IMG/VR virus record: IMGVR_UViG_3300028886_001624
Location: 62,001 to 126,000 of that record
DNA from: an uncultured virus (IMG/VR IMGVR_UViG_3300028886_001624)
Lineage: Duplodnaviria; Heunggongvirae; Uroviricota; Caudoviricetes
Direction: 5' to 3' (one strand)
DNA: 64,000 bases
Shown here: positions 20,204-31,499 of the stretch, one piece after another
Numbering within the stretch: position 1 is the first letter of the stretch
Layout of the letters: each line of letters starts with the position of its first letter
The notes under the pieces: generated by a model
The model's database searches: none
What the model was told of the DNA's origin: nothing
Seen by the model: only the letters and a program-made list of their open reading frames with translations
Program-made: the position numbers and the translations under genes

Positions 20204-21391
20204 ATGTACTACGAATATAGCAATATTAAGAAATTATTGGTGTGCGGTAACATTTCTGATAACCTTGATAATTTCATTAAGAGAGTGGTGTCCAAAATGC
20301 CGGAAAAGGGTGACTATGGTAATAAGGTTCACCCAAAGGAAATTGAAAGAAGAGAAAGAATCAATCGTCAGTTACAAGAAAACCCGACATTAACACTAAC
20401 AAGTGGATTGTATAAAAACAAATCAAGGTATTCTTTAGATTCATTCAATTCATCAAAAAACAATTTGATTGTTGTGTGTGGTTCCAACACATTCTATAAC
20501 GATGATTATGGTTTTTATTTGAAAAAACTTGAAGAATTAAATGAAGTATTGTCCATGAATGAAAGCCATGTGGTTTTTATCCGTGGAAATGATAACGTTA
20601 CGCTCTTCAAGAACAACGTATTAAACCTCAGTAACATTAAATGTATAGATGACTTTGGTGTTATTAAGGTTGGTGGATTCAATATGATGTGCATCGGCGG
20701 TTCAATATCAATTGACCGTGAATGGAGGAAAAGACAACAAGAAAGGATAGGTAAGAGGTTGTATGATGAAAATGAGGGAATGGATTATAGAGACGAAGAC
20801 GTTGACAAAGTTTTCAATGAACTCCCCATCCATTGTATTCTGTCCTCTTGCGGCCCGTCATTCTCCAACCCCGGTATGGGTTTCTATTCATCCTCCAATT
20901 GGGTTCGTGATGACAAGAAACTGTATGAGGATATGAAGAATGAGAGGCTGAAAATGGATGCCTTATATAATAAGTTGATTGAAAAGAACAAGAAACCATA
21001 CTTATGGATTTATAGCAAGTTCAATATGAGCAGCGAAAGCAATATGAATGATATGATATTCTTATCCATTAATAATACGCGGTTCATCAACATCAATGAA
21101 ACAATGCACGAGGCATATTCAATATCCGACATAACCAAAATTAAGGGTGACAATACGGAAGATGCCAAGTCAAAATCAAAAAGGCGCAAGAAGAAGGAGG
21201 AATCACGAATGGCTTGGGATGTCGCTTGGGAGATTCAACATCCGGTTTATCACCTTGATGTTGGAAACGATAGACAGATTGTTGGAGACTTAATAGAAGA
21301 TGGTAGGGAGATTGAAGATGAAGTTGACCAAGAGTTGGACGAGGGAGAAATCTTCGGAGAAGAACAAATTGTTGAACGCTTGGAATTTTAA
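20204..21391 (+). CDS. Metallophosphoesterase-like protein with degenerate metal-binding motifs
   Basis: LLVCGNI, VVCGS, FIRGND, CIGGSISIDR occupy the positions of the DxH, GD and GNH motifs. Confidence 0.65.
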   Translation: MYYEYSNIKKLLVCGNISDNLDNFIKRVVSKMPEKGDYGNKVHPKEIERRERINRQLQENPTLTLTSGLYKNKSRYSLDSFNSSKNNLIVVCGSNTFYNDDYGFYLKKLEELNEVLSMNESHVVFIRGNDNVTLFKNNVLNLSNIKCIDDFGVIKVGGFNMMCIGGSISIDREWRKRQQERIGKRLYDENEGMDYRDEDVDKVFNELPIHCILSSCGPSFSNPGMGFYSSSNWVRDDKKLYEDMKNERLKMDALYNKLIEKNKKPYLWIYSKFNMSSESNMNDMIFLSINNTRFININETMHEAYSISDITKIKGDNTEDAKSKSKRRKKKEESRMAWDVAWEIQHPVYHLDVGNDRQIVGDLIEDGREIEDEVDQELDEGEIFGEEQIVERLEF

Positions 21392-21398
21392 GGTAATT

Positions 21399-22166
21399 AT
21401 GGCACAGACTAACAGTAGATTTTTCTCACTCATGGTTGTTGGTGAGAACCCAAATGAAATTATAAAGAAATATGGTTCGGACTTTATTGTCGAGCCGTAT
21501 GTGAAATACAAATACTTGAATGCCAAGAAGTATCAAGACACGGCAATAAAGACGCTTGGTGCCTTATTGGATAAATCTGACACAATAGGCATTGACCCTC
21601 AGATGAAGGATGCATTGATTAACAGACTCAACAATCTGAAAAAAATGTCATCGTTTGAATATTATCGCAATCTGACTGACGGAATGTATTATGACGAGGA
21701 CGGCAATGCCATTTCCGAAGAAAACCCTAATGCCAAATATAATACTTGCAGATTGGGGAGGAATTTTGCCCTGCCGTTAATACTTATGGACGGTTCTGAG
21801 TCTTATTCCGCATTGGTTAAGAATGTCAATTGGGATGTGATGAACGGTGCAAACAAGGAACCTTATGAAAGGGCTTGGGACATGGTGGTTGAAGGAAAGG
21901 AACCGCAAACTGAAGAAGATAAATCCATTTTTAAGGCAATGGGTGACAAGGAGGCTTATTTTAGAAACTTTAAGTCAAAGGAGGATTATGTGGCTTATAA
22001 TACAGCCTATTGGAACTACGCCTTTGCTGATAAAGACTCATGGGTGGACGTTGATGATTGCGGGGATGAGCAAAAATGGATTAGGGAGTATTATGACCGG
22101 TTTATAAAAACATTAAATCCGGATGACCTAATTACAATATTCGAATGCTCCATCAATAACGGATGA
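21399..22166 (+). CDS. Hypothetical protein
   Basis: Long ORF closely following the previous gene. Confidence 0.75.
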   Translation: MAQTNSRFFSLMVVGENPNEIIKKYGSDFIVEPYVKYKYLNAKKYQDTAIKTLGALLDKSDTIGIDPQMKDALINRLNNLKKMSSFEYYRNLTDGMYYDEDGNAISEENPNAKYNTCRLGRNFALPLILMDGSESYSALVKNVNWDVMNGANKEPYERAWDMVVEGKEPQTEEDKSIFKAMGDKEAYFRNFKSKEDYVAYNTAYWNYAFADKDSWVDVDDCGDEQKWIREYYDRFIKTLNPDDLITIFECSINNG

Positions 22167-22310
22167 ACTACCCATCAACTAAAGATTTGTGGAATTTTTT
22201 GGTGTTTTTTATTAAAAAACATTAAAATAATGTGGGATATCTTGTGTATCTCACATTTTTTTTATACTTTTGCAAAAAATGATGGTACAAACACAGAAAG
22301 AATAATCACT

Positions 22311-23702
22311 ATGCAGATATTCAAAGAAGAAAGAATTATCAAGTTAATTGAGTTCATAAAAGATGAAATTAAGGATACTGCCTTCAGAAACCATGTATTC
22401 GTGGTCGGTGGCAGCATCAGAGATTCATTATTGGGACTTAAGGTAAAGGATATTGACTTGGTGGTGGACATCCCAAACGGAGGTGTATTACTATCGACGT
22501 TCTTGACAGCCAAGAACAACTGCTATAGAACCGGAAAGAACCCCGTCATTTACAACAAATACGGTACCGCAAAGTTCCAATTTCTCAACCACAACGAATT
22601 CAACGACATTGAAATAGAGTGTGTACAAACTAGGAAGGAACAATACCACAATGAGAGCCGGAACCCAAAAGTCGTATTCGGCGAACTTGAAGAAGATGCC
22701 AAGAGAAGGGACTTTACGGTCAACTCAATTTACTACAACATTAGCAGTGATAGGATAGAAGACCCGAATAACGGGTTGGATGATATTCTAAATGCTGTCA
22801 TCAAGACTCCGTCAAACCCAAGAATAATCTTCATGGAAGACCCGCTCAGAATTCTGAGGGCGGTGAGGTTTTCTTGTAAATTGGGTTGGGGTATTGAAAA
22901 GGATACTTGGTTGGGCATGATTGAAAATGCCCATAGGATAGATATCATATCCCAAGAAAGAATAACCGATGAGATAACCAAGATTTTGACATCACACAAG
23001 CCTAGTGTCGGGATAAGGAAGATGCTAGGGTGCGGATTGCTACATAGGGTATTGCCGGACATATACGACCTAATTGGCGTATCTGAGTGCGGCAAACTGT
23101 CTCTGTTTGACCATACAATGTCTGTGTTGGATGTCGTAAACCCGTGCATAGAGCACCGTTTAGCAGCCCTTTTCCATGATGTGGGCAAAGTCGTTGTCAA
23201 TGGGGTTAATTCAAAACACGTTGATGTCCCCTCTTTCAGCAGTGATATTGCCTCCCATGACTTGTTTATGATGAAATATCCGAATTCCGTAATAGATACG
23301 GTTGAAAAGGCAATCAAGTATCACATGGCCTTTTCCAATTACGGGGAATATGAAATCCCAAGGGATAAGATACTCCGGAAATTCATTCATCTAGTAGGTG
23401 ATTCGATTGCACCGACATTCGACCTTATGAATGCAAACAACGCATTCTGCGGGCGAAACAAGAAGAAGACCCAAGTCATGAACATACTGAACCGGATGGA
23501 AGAGTTGGAAAACATAGAAAATATGCAGAATGTTAAACTTCCGGTTTCCGGAAAGGATATTATGGAGAAATTCAATCTGAAACAGTCTCCGCTGATTGGT
23601 ACCCTCTTGAATGAGATAAGAGAGGCTTATTTTGAACGTCCGGACATTACAAAGGAAGAGTGCTTTGAATTGGTAGACAAAATCTTAAATAAAGTTATCT
23701 GA
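22311..23702 (+). CDS. cca: CCA-adding tRNA nucleotidyltransferase with HD domain
   Basis: VVGGSIRD, KDIDLV, DAKRRDFTVN, EDPLRILRAVRF, ISQERI, ALFHDVGK. Confidence 0.93.
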   Translation: MQIFKEERIIKLIEFIKDEIKDTAFRNHVFVVGGSIRDSLLGLKVKDIDLVVDIPNGGVLLSTFLTAKNNCYRTGKNPVIYNKYGTAKFQFLNHNEFNDIEIECVQTRKEQYHNESRNPKVVFGELEEDAKRRDFTVNSIYYNISSDRIEDPNNGLDDILNAVIKTPSNPRIIFMEDPLRILRAVRFSCKLGWGIEKDTWLGMIENAHRIDIISQERITDEITKILTSHKPSVGIRKMLGCGLLHRVLPDIYDLIGVSECGKLSLFDHTMSVLDVVNPCIEHRLAALFHDVGKVVVNGVNSKHVDVPSFSSDIASHDLFMMKYPNSVIDTVEKAIKYHMAFSNYGEYEIPRDKILRKFIHLVGDSIAPTFDLMNANNAFCGRNKKKTQVMNILNRMEELENIENMQNVKLPVSGKDIMEKFNLKQSPLIGTLLNEIREAYFERPDITKEECFELVDKILNKVI

Positions 23703-23704
23703 CA

Positions 23705-24727
23705 ATGGGAACGAAATGCACGAAATGTCCTTTTAAGAAAACAAAGGACTGCACTCAGAGTTTTATTAGAAAATATCATAATAGTTGTACGACGTATAAC
23801 ATAGACAGTAAAGATGAAAGCGTCAACACGGATATTGACAATTTTCTCGTTTCAAACGGTTTTGTGAAAGAAAAACCGAAGAAGGCCAAATCACAACCGA
23901 AAACCGTAAAGAAAAATACCAAGACAAATGGTACAAAAAAAAAAATAAGTCATGAAAAAAGCCAAGGAACCCACGTTTAATAGATTTCTGAAAAAATGCA
24001 GCAATGCATCTACATTTAAATTGGGATTTATTTATAAAGGAATTACTAGAGGGTTTGGTGCTCATAACATCTTCCCATACTCTAACTTTATGATGTTCGT
24101 TAGGAATGCACACCATAATGAATTTGTGTCATTAGGTAAACTGAATCTGTTTACAAATATTTTGCATTATTCTGACGTATTTGATGAAATAATGAAAATA
24201 AGACTTGGAACAACCATAAGTCCGTACTATGATTGTCAGATATTAAAAAATGTACAAGTCTTTAAAAAAGGTCCGATGGCTGCATTTGATGAGTTCATGA
24301 AGGAATATCTTGTATTCTATTTCAATGACAAGTCAAATAGGACACGACATTCGATATTATTTTATTGCTTTCTGTTCGGAATATTGTTTGCGACAATGAC
24401 TAGCATCGGTGTCTTTTATTTAGCATACCGTTTTTTAGGTTATGAGGTCACCATATTTTTTACCTTGTTCTTCTTGATTGTATTATTAGTATTAAAAAAC
24501 ATAAAGCAAAAAATATGAGGGATTTTTTAAGGGCCATACTAAGAACTTTGATTCTGTTGGCAATTGTCGGTTCGTGCACTGAAACAATTCGCTTTATGGG
24601 TAAACTAACTGAAGTGGAAGATTACCCGTACAAGGAGCGGAAAGAGTATGTCATATCAAATAATTCTGAAGACACACACGAATATGAACCGCAAGACAGT
24701 GAGTATTACACCAATACACCAAATTAA
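23705..24727 (+). other. Three small hypothetical ORFs (23705-23980, 23952-24518 with two C-terminal TM helices, 24515-24727 with a possible lipobox)
   Basis: Overlapping co-directional ORFs; hydrophobic segments; LAIVGSC. Confidence 0.6.
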
Positions 24728-24859
24728 ATAACAATAACGATGAGACTTGAAGAATTTAAGAAATTAGTGAAAATCACCATAATGTTTCTAATAATTTTAT
24801 GGATGGTTGGACTTGGCACAATTATAATTCGTGAATTACTTTAAAAAATAAAAAAAATT

Positions 24860-25426
24860 ATGAACGATTTTAGAGAGAAAGTCTCCGCGCTTATCAACAC
24901 GGCATCGGAGCAAGCAAATTCATTGCTTGGAGAGTTTAACAACATCGTCAACTCATTTGAGATTGACGAAAAGTATGGTTCCCTTCTCAACGAGAAGAAG
25001 AATGACTTGATTAGCAAGAGCAACAAGGTTCTCAACGATTTCTCCGATTTGCTCAAGCAAGTCAAGGACAACTTTAAGGACATGACAATCGTCGTTCCGT
25101 TCAATGAGGACAAGGGGGAAAAGTTCACCATCACAAAGGAAGGTAACAGAGTTACCGTAGAGGTGAAATACGAGGACGAGAAAACAACCAAGCACAACAA
25201 GACAAGTGTGCTTATCGGCGAAGAATGTGATTGGGACAACCACACTGTTTCAGTGAACAAGTTCAACAACACATTGACACTCACAATCCCCAAGAAGAAG
25301 ACTGAAGGTGATGATGCCAAACCGACATTCTTGTCCAAACTTGAAAGGAAACTCAAGGAGAACGAGGACAAGTTCGCCAAGATTATGGAGAACAACGGAA
25401 TGCGGTTTGTCCGTAGGAACCCATAA
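24860..25426 (+). CDS. Possible small heat-shock (Hsp20-like) protein
   Basis: Beta-rich core ending NNTLTLTIPKKK resembles the alpha-crystallin C-terminal motif. Confidence 0.45.
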   Translation: MNDFREKVSALINTASEQANSLLGEFNNIVNSFEIDEKYGSLLNEKKNDLISKSNKVLNDFSDLLKQVKDNFKDMTIVVPFNEDKGEKFTITKEGNRVTVEVKYEDEKTTKHNKTSVLIGEECDWDNHTVSVNKFNNTLTLTIPKKKTEGDDAKPTFLSKLERKLKENEDKFAKIMENNGMRFVRRNP

Positions 25427-25477
25427 GACAAAAAAAGAAAGGTGGTCAGATATTGACCACCTTTTTATTGTTAAGTA

Positions 25478-26764
25478 TTATTGTTCAACCTTTGTCCAAT
25501 TATTTAACTGGGTAATCCAAACATCATAGCCACTGCTACCAATTGGAACGTAGAGGGTGCCTCCTGTCCTAACAATTTGGAAAGTAGAATTAGTTATTGT
25601 TGGTGCAGTTGTTGCAAGTGATGTTATTGCTGATAAATTAGAACAATTAGTGAAAGCATTATTACCAATGCTTGTAACACTGTCCGGAATTGTTATGCTT
25701 GGTAAACTTGTACAATAATAGAAAGCACTATTACCAATGCTTGTAACGGTGTTTGGAATTGTTATGCTTCTTAAACTTCTACAATCAATGAAAGCACTAT
25801 CACCAATGCTTGTAACACCACTGCCAATGGTACAAGTTGTCATAGCAGAACAACCATAGAAAGCACTACCACCAATACTTGTAACACTGTCCGGAATTGT
25901 TATGTCTGATAAACTTTCACAATAAAAGAAAGTACTATCACCAATGGTCGTAACACTGTCCGGAATTGTTATGCTTGTTAAACTAGAACAACTATGGAAA
26001 GCCCTATTACCAATACTTGTAACACCGCTGCCAAGGGTACAAGTTGTCATAGCAGAACAATTTTGGAAAGCATTACTACCAATGCTTGTAACACTGTCCG
26101 GAATTGTTATGCTTGTTAAACTATAACAATTAGTGAAAGCACTGTCACCAATGCTTGTAACACCGCTGCCAATGGTACAAGTTGTCATAGCAGAACAATT
26201 TTGGAAGGTATAATCAGCAATGCTTGTAACACCACTGCCAATGGTGCAAGTTGTCATAGCAGAACAACCACTGAAAGCATAATTACCAATGCTTGTAACA
26301 CTGTCCGGAATTGTTATGCTTGGTAAACTAGAACAATAAACGAAGGCATTATTACCAATGCTTGTGACAGTGTTTGGAATTGTTATGCTTGTTAAACTTC
26401 TACAACCATTGAAAGCATACTCACCAATGCTTGTAACACCACTGCCAATGGTACAAGTTGTCATAGCAGAACAACCATAGAAAGCCCAATTACCAATGCT
26501 TGTACAGAGTTCACCGATTTCAGCGCTGACACAAGTTGTACTGTAACCGCTTATCATTGCTCTTGTAAGTTCCCCACTGCCTTCAATTTCGACAACTTCT
26601 CCGGTGCGAAGGGTTAACTTACAGAAAAATGGTGGTGGGGGGGGGGTAGGATTGTAATGGACATCACCCTCAGCAACACAAAGTGACACGTTTGGTTTTG
26701 GGTAGTCCGTGGCAACATACGCCGTATAGTCAGCATGTGTTGCAAATTCTTTAACGTACTTCAT
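25478..26764 (-). CDS. BspA-type LRR protein, paralog 3 (longest)
   Basis: Many 23-aa repeats; same N- and C-caps; G10 tract at 26637-26646 in frame. Confidence 0.93.
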   Translation of the reverse strand: MKYVKEFATHADYTAYVATDYPKPNVSLCVAEGDVHYNPTPPPPPFFCKLTLRTGEVVEIEGSGELTRAMISGYSTTCVSAEIGELCTSIGNWAFYGCSAMTTCTIGSGVTSIGEYAFNGCRSLTSITIPNTVTSIGNNAFVYCSSLPSITIPDSVTSIGNYAFSGCSAMTTCTIGSGVTSIADYTFQNCSAMTTCTIGSGVTSIGDSAFTNCYSLTSITIPDSVTSIGSNAFQNCSAMTTCTLGSGVTSIGNRAFHSCSSLTSITIPDSVTTIGDSTFFYCESLSDITIPDSVTSIGGSAFYGCSAMTTCTIGSGVTSIGDSAFIDCRSLRSITIPNTVTSIGNSAFYYCTSLPSITIPDSVTSIGNNAFTNCSNLSAITSLATTAPTITNSTFQIVRTGGTLYVPIGSSGYDVWITQLNNWTKVEQ

Positions 26765-26867
26765 AATATTATTTTTTAAAGTTTTAAATTAAGTTATTTA
26801 TTTCTTGTTATAAATATCTTGTTATTTTCATATTTTTTATATATCTTTGCAAAAAACCATACAAATT

Positions 26868-27548
26868 ATGAAAATTTGCGCATTCTCAGATATGCACGGT
26901 CAGTTGGATTTTACAGTGGAGCCGTGTGACATCGCTCTGATATGTGGCGATGTCGTGCCGTTGTACATACAAATGTATAATAAGGAAAGTGAACAATGGT
27001 TTAAGGAAACGTTCATTCCTTGGTGCCTAAATCTTCCATGTGAAAAGGTTGTCTTCATTGGTGGAAACCATGATTTTATTTTGGAAAGGCAACCGAATAA
27101 AATAAGAAAATTATTGGAAGGACAAGATAAGGTCGTATATTTGGACTGTGAGGCGTTTGAATATAACGGCAAAATAATATTCGGTACACCGGTATGCAAG
27201 CCATTCGGTTCATGGGCCTTTATGGAACCATATGAAAAACAAGACTCTAGATATGAGTCTTGCATAAATGATATTGGACACGTTGATATTATAATGTCCC
27301 ACGATGCACCATACGGAATAAGTGACATACTCTTGCAAAAAGATTGTCCTTGGGCTGACGGTACACACATTGGAAATCATTCCCTAAGAAAACTATTAGA
27401 CAATGTGAAACCAGAAATACATGTGTTTGGTCATTTGCATTCATGCAACCATGACGTGGTAAAGCATAATGACACTTTGGTTTCATGCGTTTCAATGCTA
27501 AATGAAAACTATATGATGGTGTACAAACCGCTTTATATTGAGATTTAA
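26868..27548 (+). CDS. Calcineurin-like metallophosphoesterase
   Basis: SDMHG, CGD, GGNHD, SHDAP, FGHLH. Confidence 0.92.
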   Translation: MKICAFSDMHGQLDFTVEPCDIALICGDVVPLYIQMYNKESEQWFKETFIPWCLNLPCEKVVFIGGNHDFILERQPNKIRKLLEGQDKVVYLDCEAFEYNGKIIFGTPVCKPFGSWAFMEPYEKQDSRYESCINDIGHVDIIMSHDAPYGISDILLQKDCPWADGTHIGNHSLRKLLDNVKPEIHVFGHLHSCNHDVVKHNDTLVSCVSMLNENYMMVYKPLYIEI

Positions 27549-27603
27549 CAAACTTTAACCTAAATAATTTTGAATTTTAAACGAAAAATAATATATTTGC
27601 ATT

Positions 27604-30600
27604 ATGGATAGTGAAAATATTGTTAAGATAACGGTAAAATGTTTTTTGAAGGTGATTAAGTACAAAGGATTTTATCCAATATTCAGATGTTTTGTCGGGC
27701 ATGAAGCACAAAACTGTGGGTTTAATTATTCACGTCGCTGTTCATTCCCGATGTTAGAGTGTCTAGAGCCATATGTCACCATGGCAACTATGTATGCGCA
27801 TAAAAATATGTTCTATTATGCACATAGTGCTGATGAAATTGGGGTTATAATAATTAAGACATTGCCGAAGTATGCAATGTTCTTTAATGATGAAGCCACC
27901 AATGAGGGCATAGAAAAAACCGTTTCCTATATTGTGAACACTCTCTTGATGAACACGATTCAACTCTCAACAACTAACCACAAGTCAATGGAACAAATCG
28001 GGAGGGAGGCTTATAACCTTTCTTGTAAACTAATAATAGGTGACTCCTTTGTTGAAGAGACGGAAGAAGATACTGCAAAATCCATAAAAGAGTTTAACCA
28101 ACTATTGAAGAATTCTTTAGGTGATATTTTACACATAAGTGATTCGCATGATTTTTCCAAATTTTATGCGGATATTCTCCGGGATAGGGTGCAAATGTTT
28201 CAACAAGGGCAAAATTTTGCTACATACTATCCTCTTGATGCAAATGGATTTGCCGCAAGTGCATACCAATGGACTACTACTAGTGGTGATGATTTATATT
28301 AAAAGAAAAAAAAATTAAAACTATAGACTATGGAAACTTGTCATCTTTGTAAAGAGTTAATTAAAAATTATATCGGTGACGAAAGAGTATTCTTTGACGC
28401 TTGCTGTGCTAGGTCATTGGTTATTAAAGGAACATTCACAAAACCTAGGCTGATTACCGCAAACGCTTCCCCCATGAGCACCCTTACAACACCGAATTGG
28501 TGCCCGAAAATGAGGGGTGTGCTCCGGGAGAGTTTTGTGGAGACAACCGAAAACAAACTGCTTCCGCCGCCTCCAACAACTAGTCAAGCATCAAGCGAAG
28601 TTCCGTTCAAGAACTTGTCATATTACGAGAAGATGAAGAGACTCTCCGAACTGCCTAAGCATATGACTTGGGATGAAATAAAGGTTGGGAACACATACGT
28701 GATTCCAAAGATATTAACAAAGAAGATGAAAATAGTGAAGGTGGTTGAAAAGACCGCAGCGATGATTCGTTGCAGTGAAATAGAAGACGGAAAAGAGAGC
28801 CTATACATGACAACCATATACCCAAATGATGTTGAGGCAGTGTTTATTGTTAACTTTTTAACCTTTTAACTTATGGTAACTACTATTGAAGAATTAAAGG
28901 AGGCATTGGCCGGTGTTCCTAGTTCGACTCCGTGGGAAGATGTCAAGGTCAAGACGTTATACCACATCCCGACTCTGTTGAATCTTAGTCGGCGTGATAT
29001 CATTATACTTAAAAAAGATGATGAGAAGGCAACCTACCGGAAGATAGGAGACACGGAAGAGAGGGTGATGAACAGATACTCCCTATTTGCCAAGGTTATG
29101 GTTAAAAAGAGAGTGTTTTAACCTATTTTAACTTAAAATGTTTGTGTTTTCAAAATAAAATTTGTATTTTTGCAAAAAATCAGAAAACAATGCTATATTC
29201 CTTTTTCAGAATCATATTTGGGATTGCCGACTGTTTCGCTGTTTGCTATATGTTTACAAATGGTGATTATGAATACGCTTTCTTCCTAATCACCATATTA
29301 CTATGGTGCGCCTACTCCTTTTTTAGGGAGGATGATAATGAATATCTGATTAGGGAAGGTATCGACCCGGAAGAGATTTCTTGGTATTTCCCGCAGATGA
29401 CATACGAGGAAGCCATTAGGAATAGAAGCAAGCAAAACTACATTGCGTCCGATGGTAATATTAACTACACGCAAAATAATAGGTATTACAGTAAACGTAA
29501 GACGAATACGGCCACCACTACTACCACTAGCGACCCTAACGCATCTAACAAGTTAAAGAATAAGGTTAGCATAAAGATAACCGTTGCAAAAGACGGAGAA
29601 AAAAATGTTGAAAAATTATAAAATAAAAATATCGATATGGACACAAAGACAGAAAGCAAGGTTGAGGTATTGACTTGCGCGAGCACCGCAGACGGTGAAA
29701 TTAAAATGGAAGCACCATTGTTCATACTTTTTGCCGAATATTTTGGCTATGTCAGTATGTTCAATAAGGTTGCGGAAGATTGGTGTGTCGGAGCAAATGT
29801 TCCGGAATTGCATGTGCAGAAACTGATTATAGTGGAAGCAAAGAGCATATTGCGCCAAATGCTCAAGGATTATTCCGTGGAGGATATACGGGATATATAT
29901 AACCAATATTATCCGTTGGTGCTTGAAGAATATGCCGAATCATTGGCCGAACTCACCAAAAAGAAGTAACGCTATGGCACAGAAGTGGTACGAAAAACCA
30001 ATATATAGAAGCAATTTCTCCATCAGAATAGGGAAAGACGGTAAGATATACATCAGACATTCAGAGTGGGACAAGAATATCTATATAGGGCCATACGACA
30101 CCATGATTGATGCCAATAACGTTATGGATGAATATGTCAAGGCATCCAAGATTGGTCCGCTTGACAGACACTGCAATGAATATGCCGTCAGCAGCGTTCA
30201 CGTGGAAAACGACAAACTATTCTTCATTTAAAAATAAAAATATGGGAGAACAAGTAATAATATTCATTTCATCACTTGCCGGATATTTTTCAATTGCCAT
30301 AGTTGTGTTTGTTTTCCTTAAGACACGCAACCCAATTGTAGAATTCGCAAATTATCAAAAAAATGAATTCGGGATTGTTGACACTTCCCTAACGGATTAT
30401 TTGGGCAATATCTATGTAAATAAAAATAATACCTATATGAACATAGTCAAGTGTCTGAGCCTCTTGTGGATATTGACAATACCATTCTACCTTGGCGGAC
30501 TGTTTGGCATATTCTTCTATAGACATATCGTCACCCGTGGGAACAAAGAGAAATTAATATCATCTTATTTTACTGAGAAATTTTAAAAATAGTTATGGAA

Positions 30601-31499
30601 AAAAGGACATTTCAAAAGGGGGATTTTATTAAATACCGTGCATATAACGATACCACGGATAAAATCACCTTTGGTATCTTTGAGGGCAACGACTTGGCAC
30701 CACAGTACCAATATACAAAAAAACTATCCTTGGTATTGTATTACGATTCAAAGAAATACAGTCAAGACAAGGCAGGACAGTGGGGCTACCGTCCTTCTCT
30801 TGAAATTGCCAAGGACGGTAATGAATGTGAAAAGACGATTGACACAACAATAGAGGATTCATGGTGGTCCATATGCACGGAAGAGGAAAAGGAGTTTGCC
30901 TTGCAAATCCTAAGCGCAAACGGATACATATGGGACGAGGCAACAATGACCCTCTTCGACAAAGATACAAATGAAGTTGTCCATAAGATAGTTGTTCCAA
31001 AGAACGAATATAACGGCAATATCATAAAGCCGATTTCAGATTGGTTCATGGATAAACTGAGAAAGTTTGTTATCTCAAAGAACGCCTTTGGGTCCTATGC
31101 CGGAACCCCCAACTACGGTGGCGGATACCATCCGCAATACGGATATTACAATGAGTGGGATTCCGCTTATGATTAAAAAGAAAGTAAATGTTGTTAGTTT
31201 TTGCCGTTGTTGTTAACTTCAGATTGCCTCTTGTTAACATACAACGGCTTTTTGTTTAAAAAAGGTTAAGAAATTTGTTTTTCCCAATTTTTTTATATAC
31301 TTTTGCACAAAAAGCAAAGAAAATGGCATCAAAATCAGTATTAATCAAGGCAATAGAGATATTGGAAAAAGCCAATAACACGCTTAACCGCACTCTGCTT
31401 TCAACCGATAGCAGCAGTGAAAGGGAACGCATTTCCAAGGAAATCACCAAAAACGAATCAATGATTTTAGATTATAAATTTAGGATTAACCATGAATAA
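27604..31499 (+). other. Run of hypothetical ORFs (27604-28302, 28330-28869, 28873-29121, ~29190-29621, 29637-29969, ~29974-30231, ~30242-30586, 30595-31176, ~31323-31499)
   Basis: Tightly packed co-directional ORFs. 28330 and 28873 share WDEIKVGNTYVIPKIL / WEDVKVKTLYHIPTLL. Confidence 0.65.
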
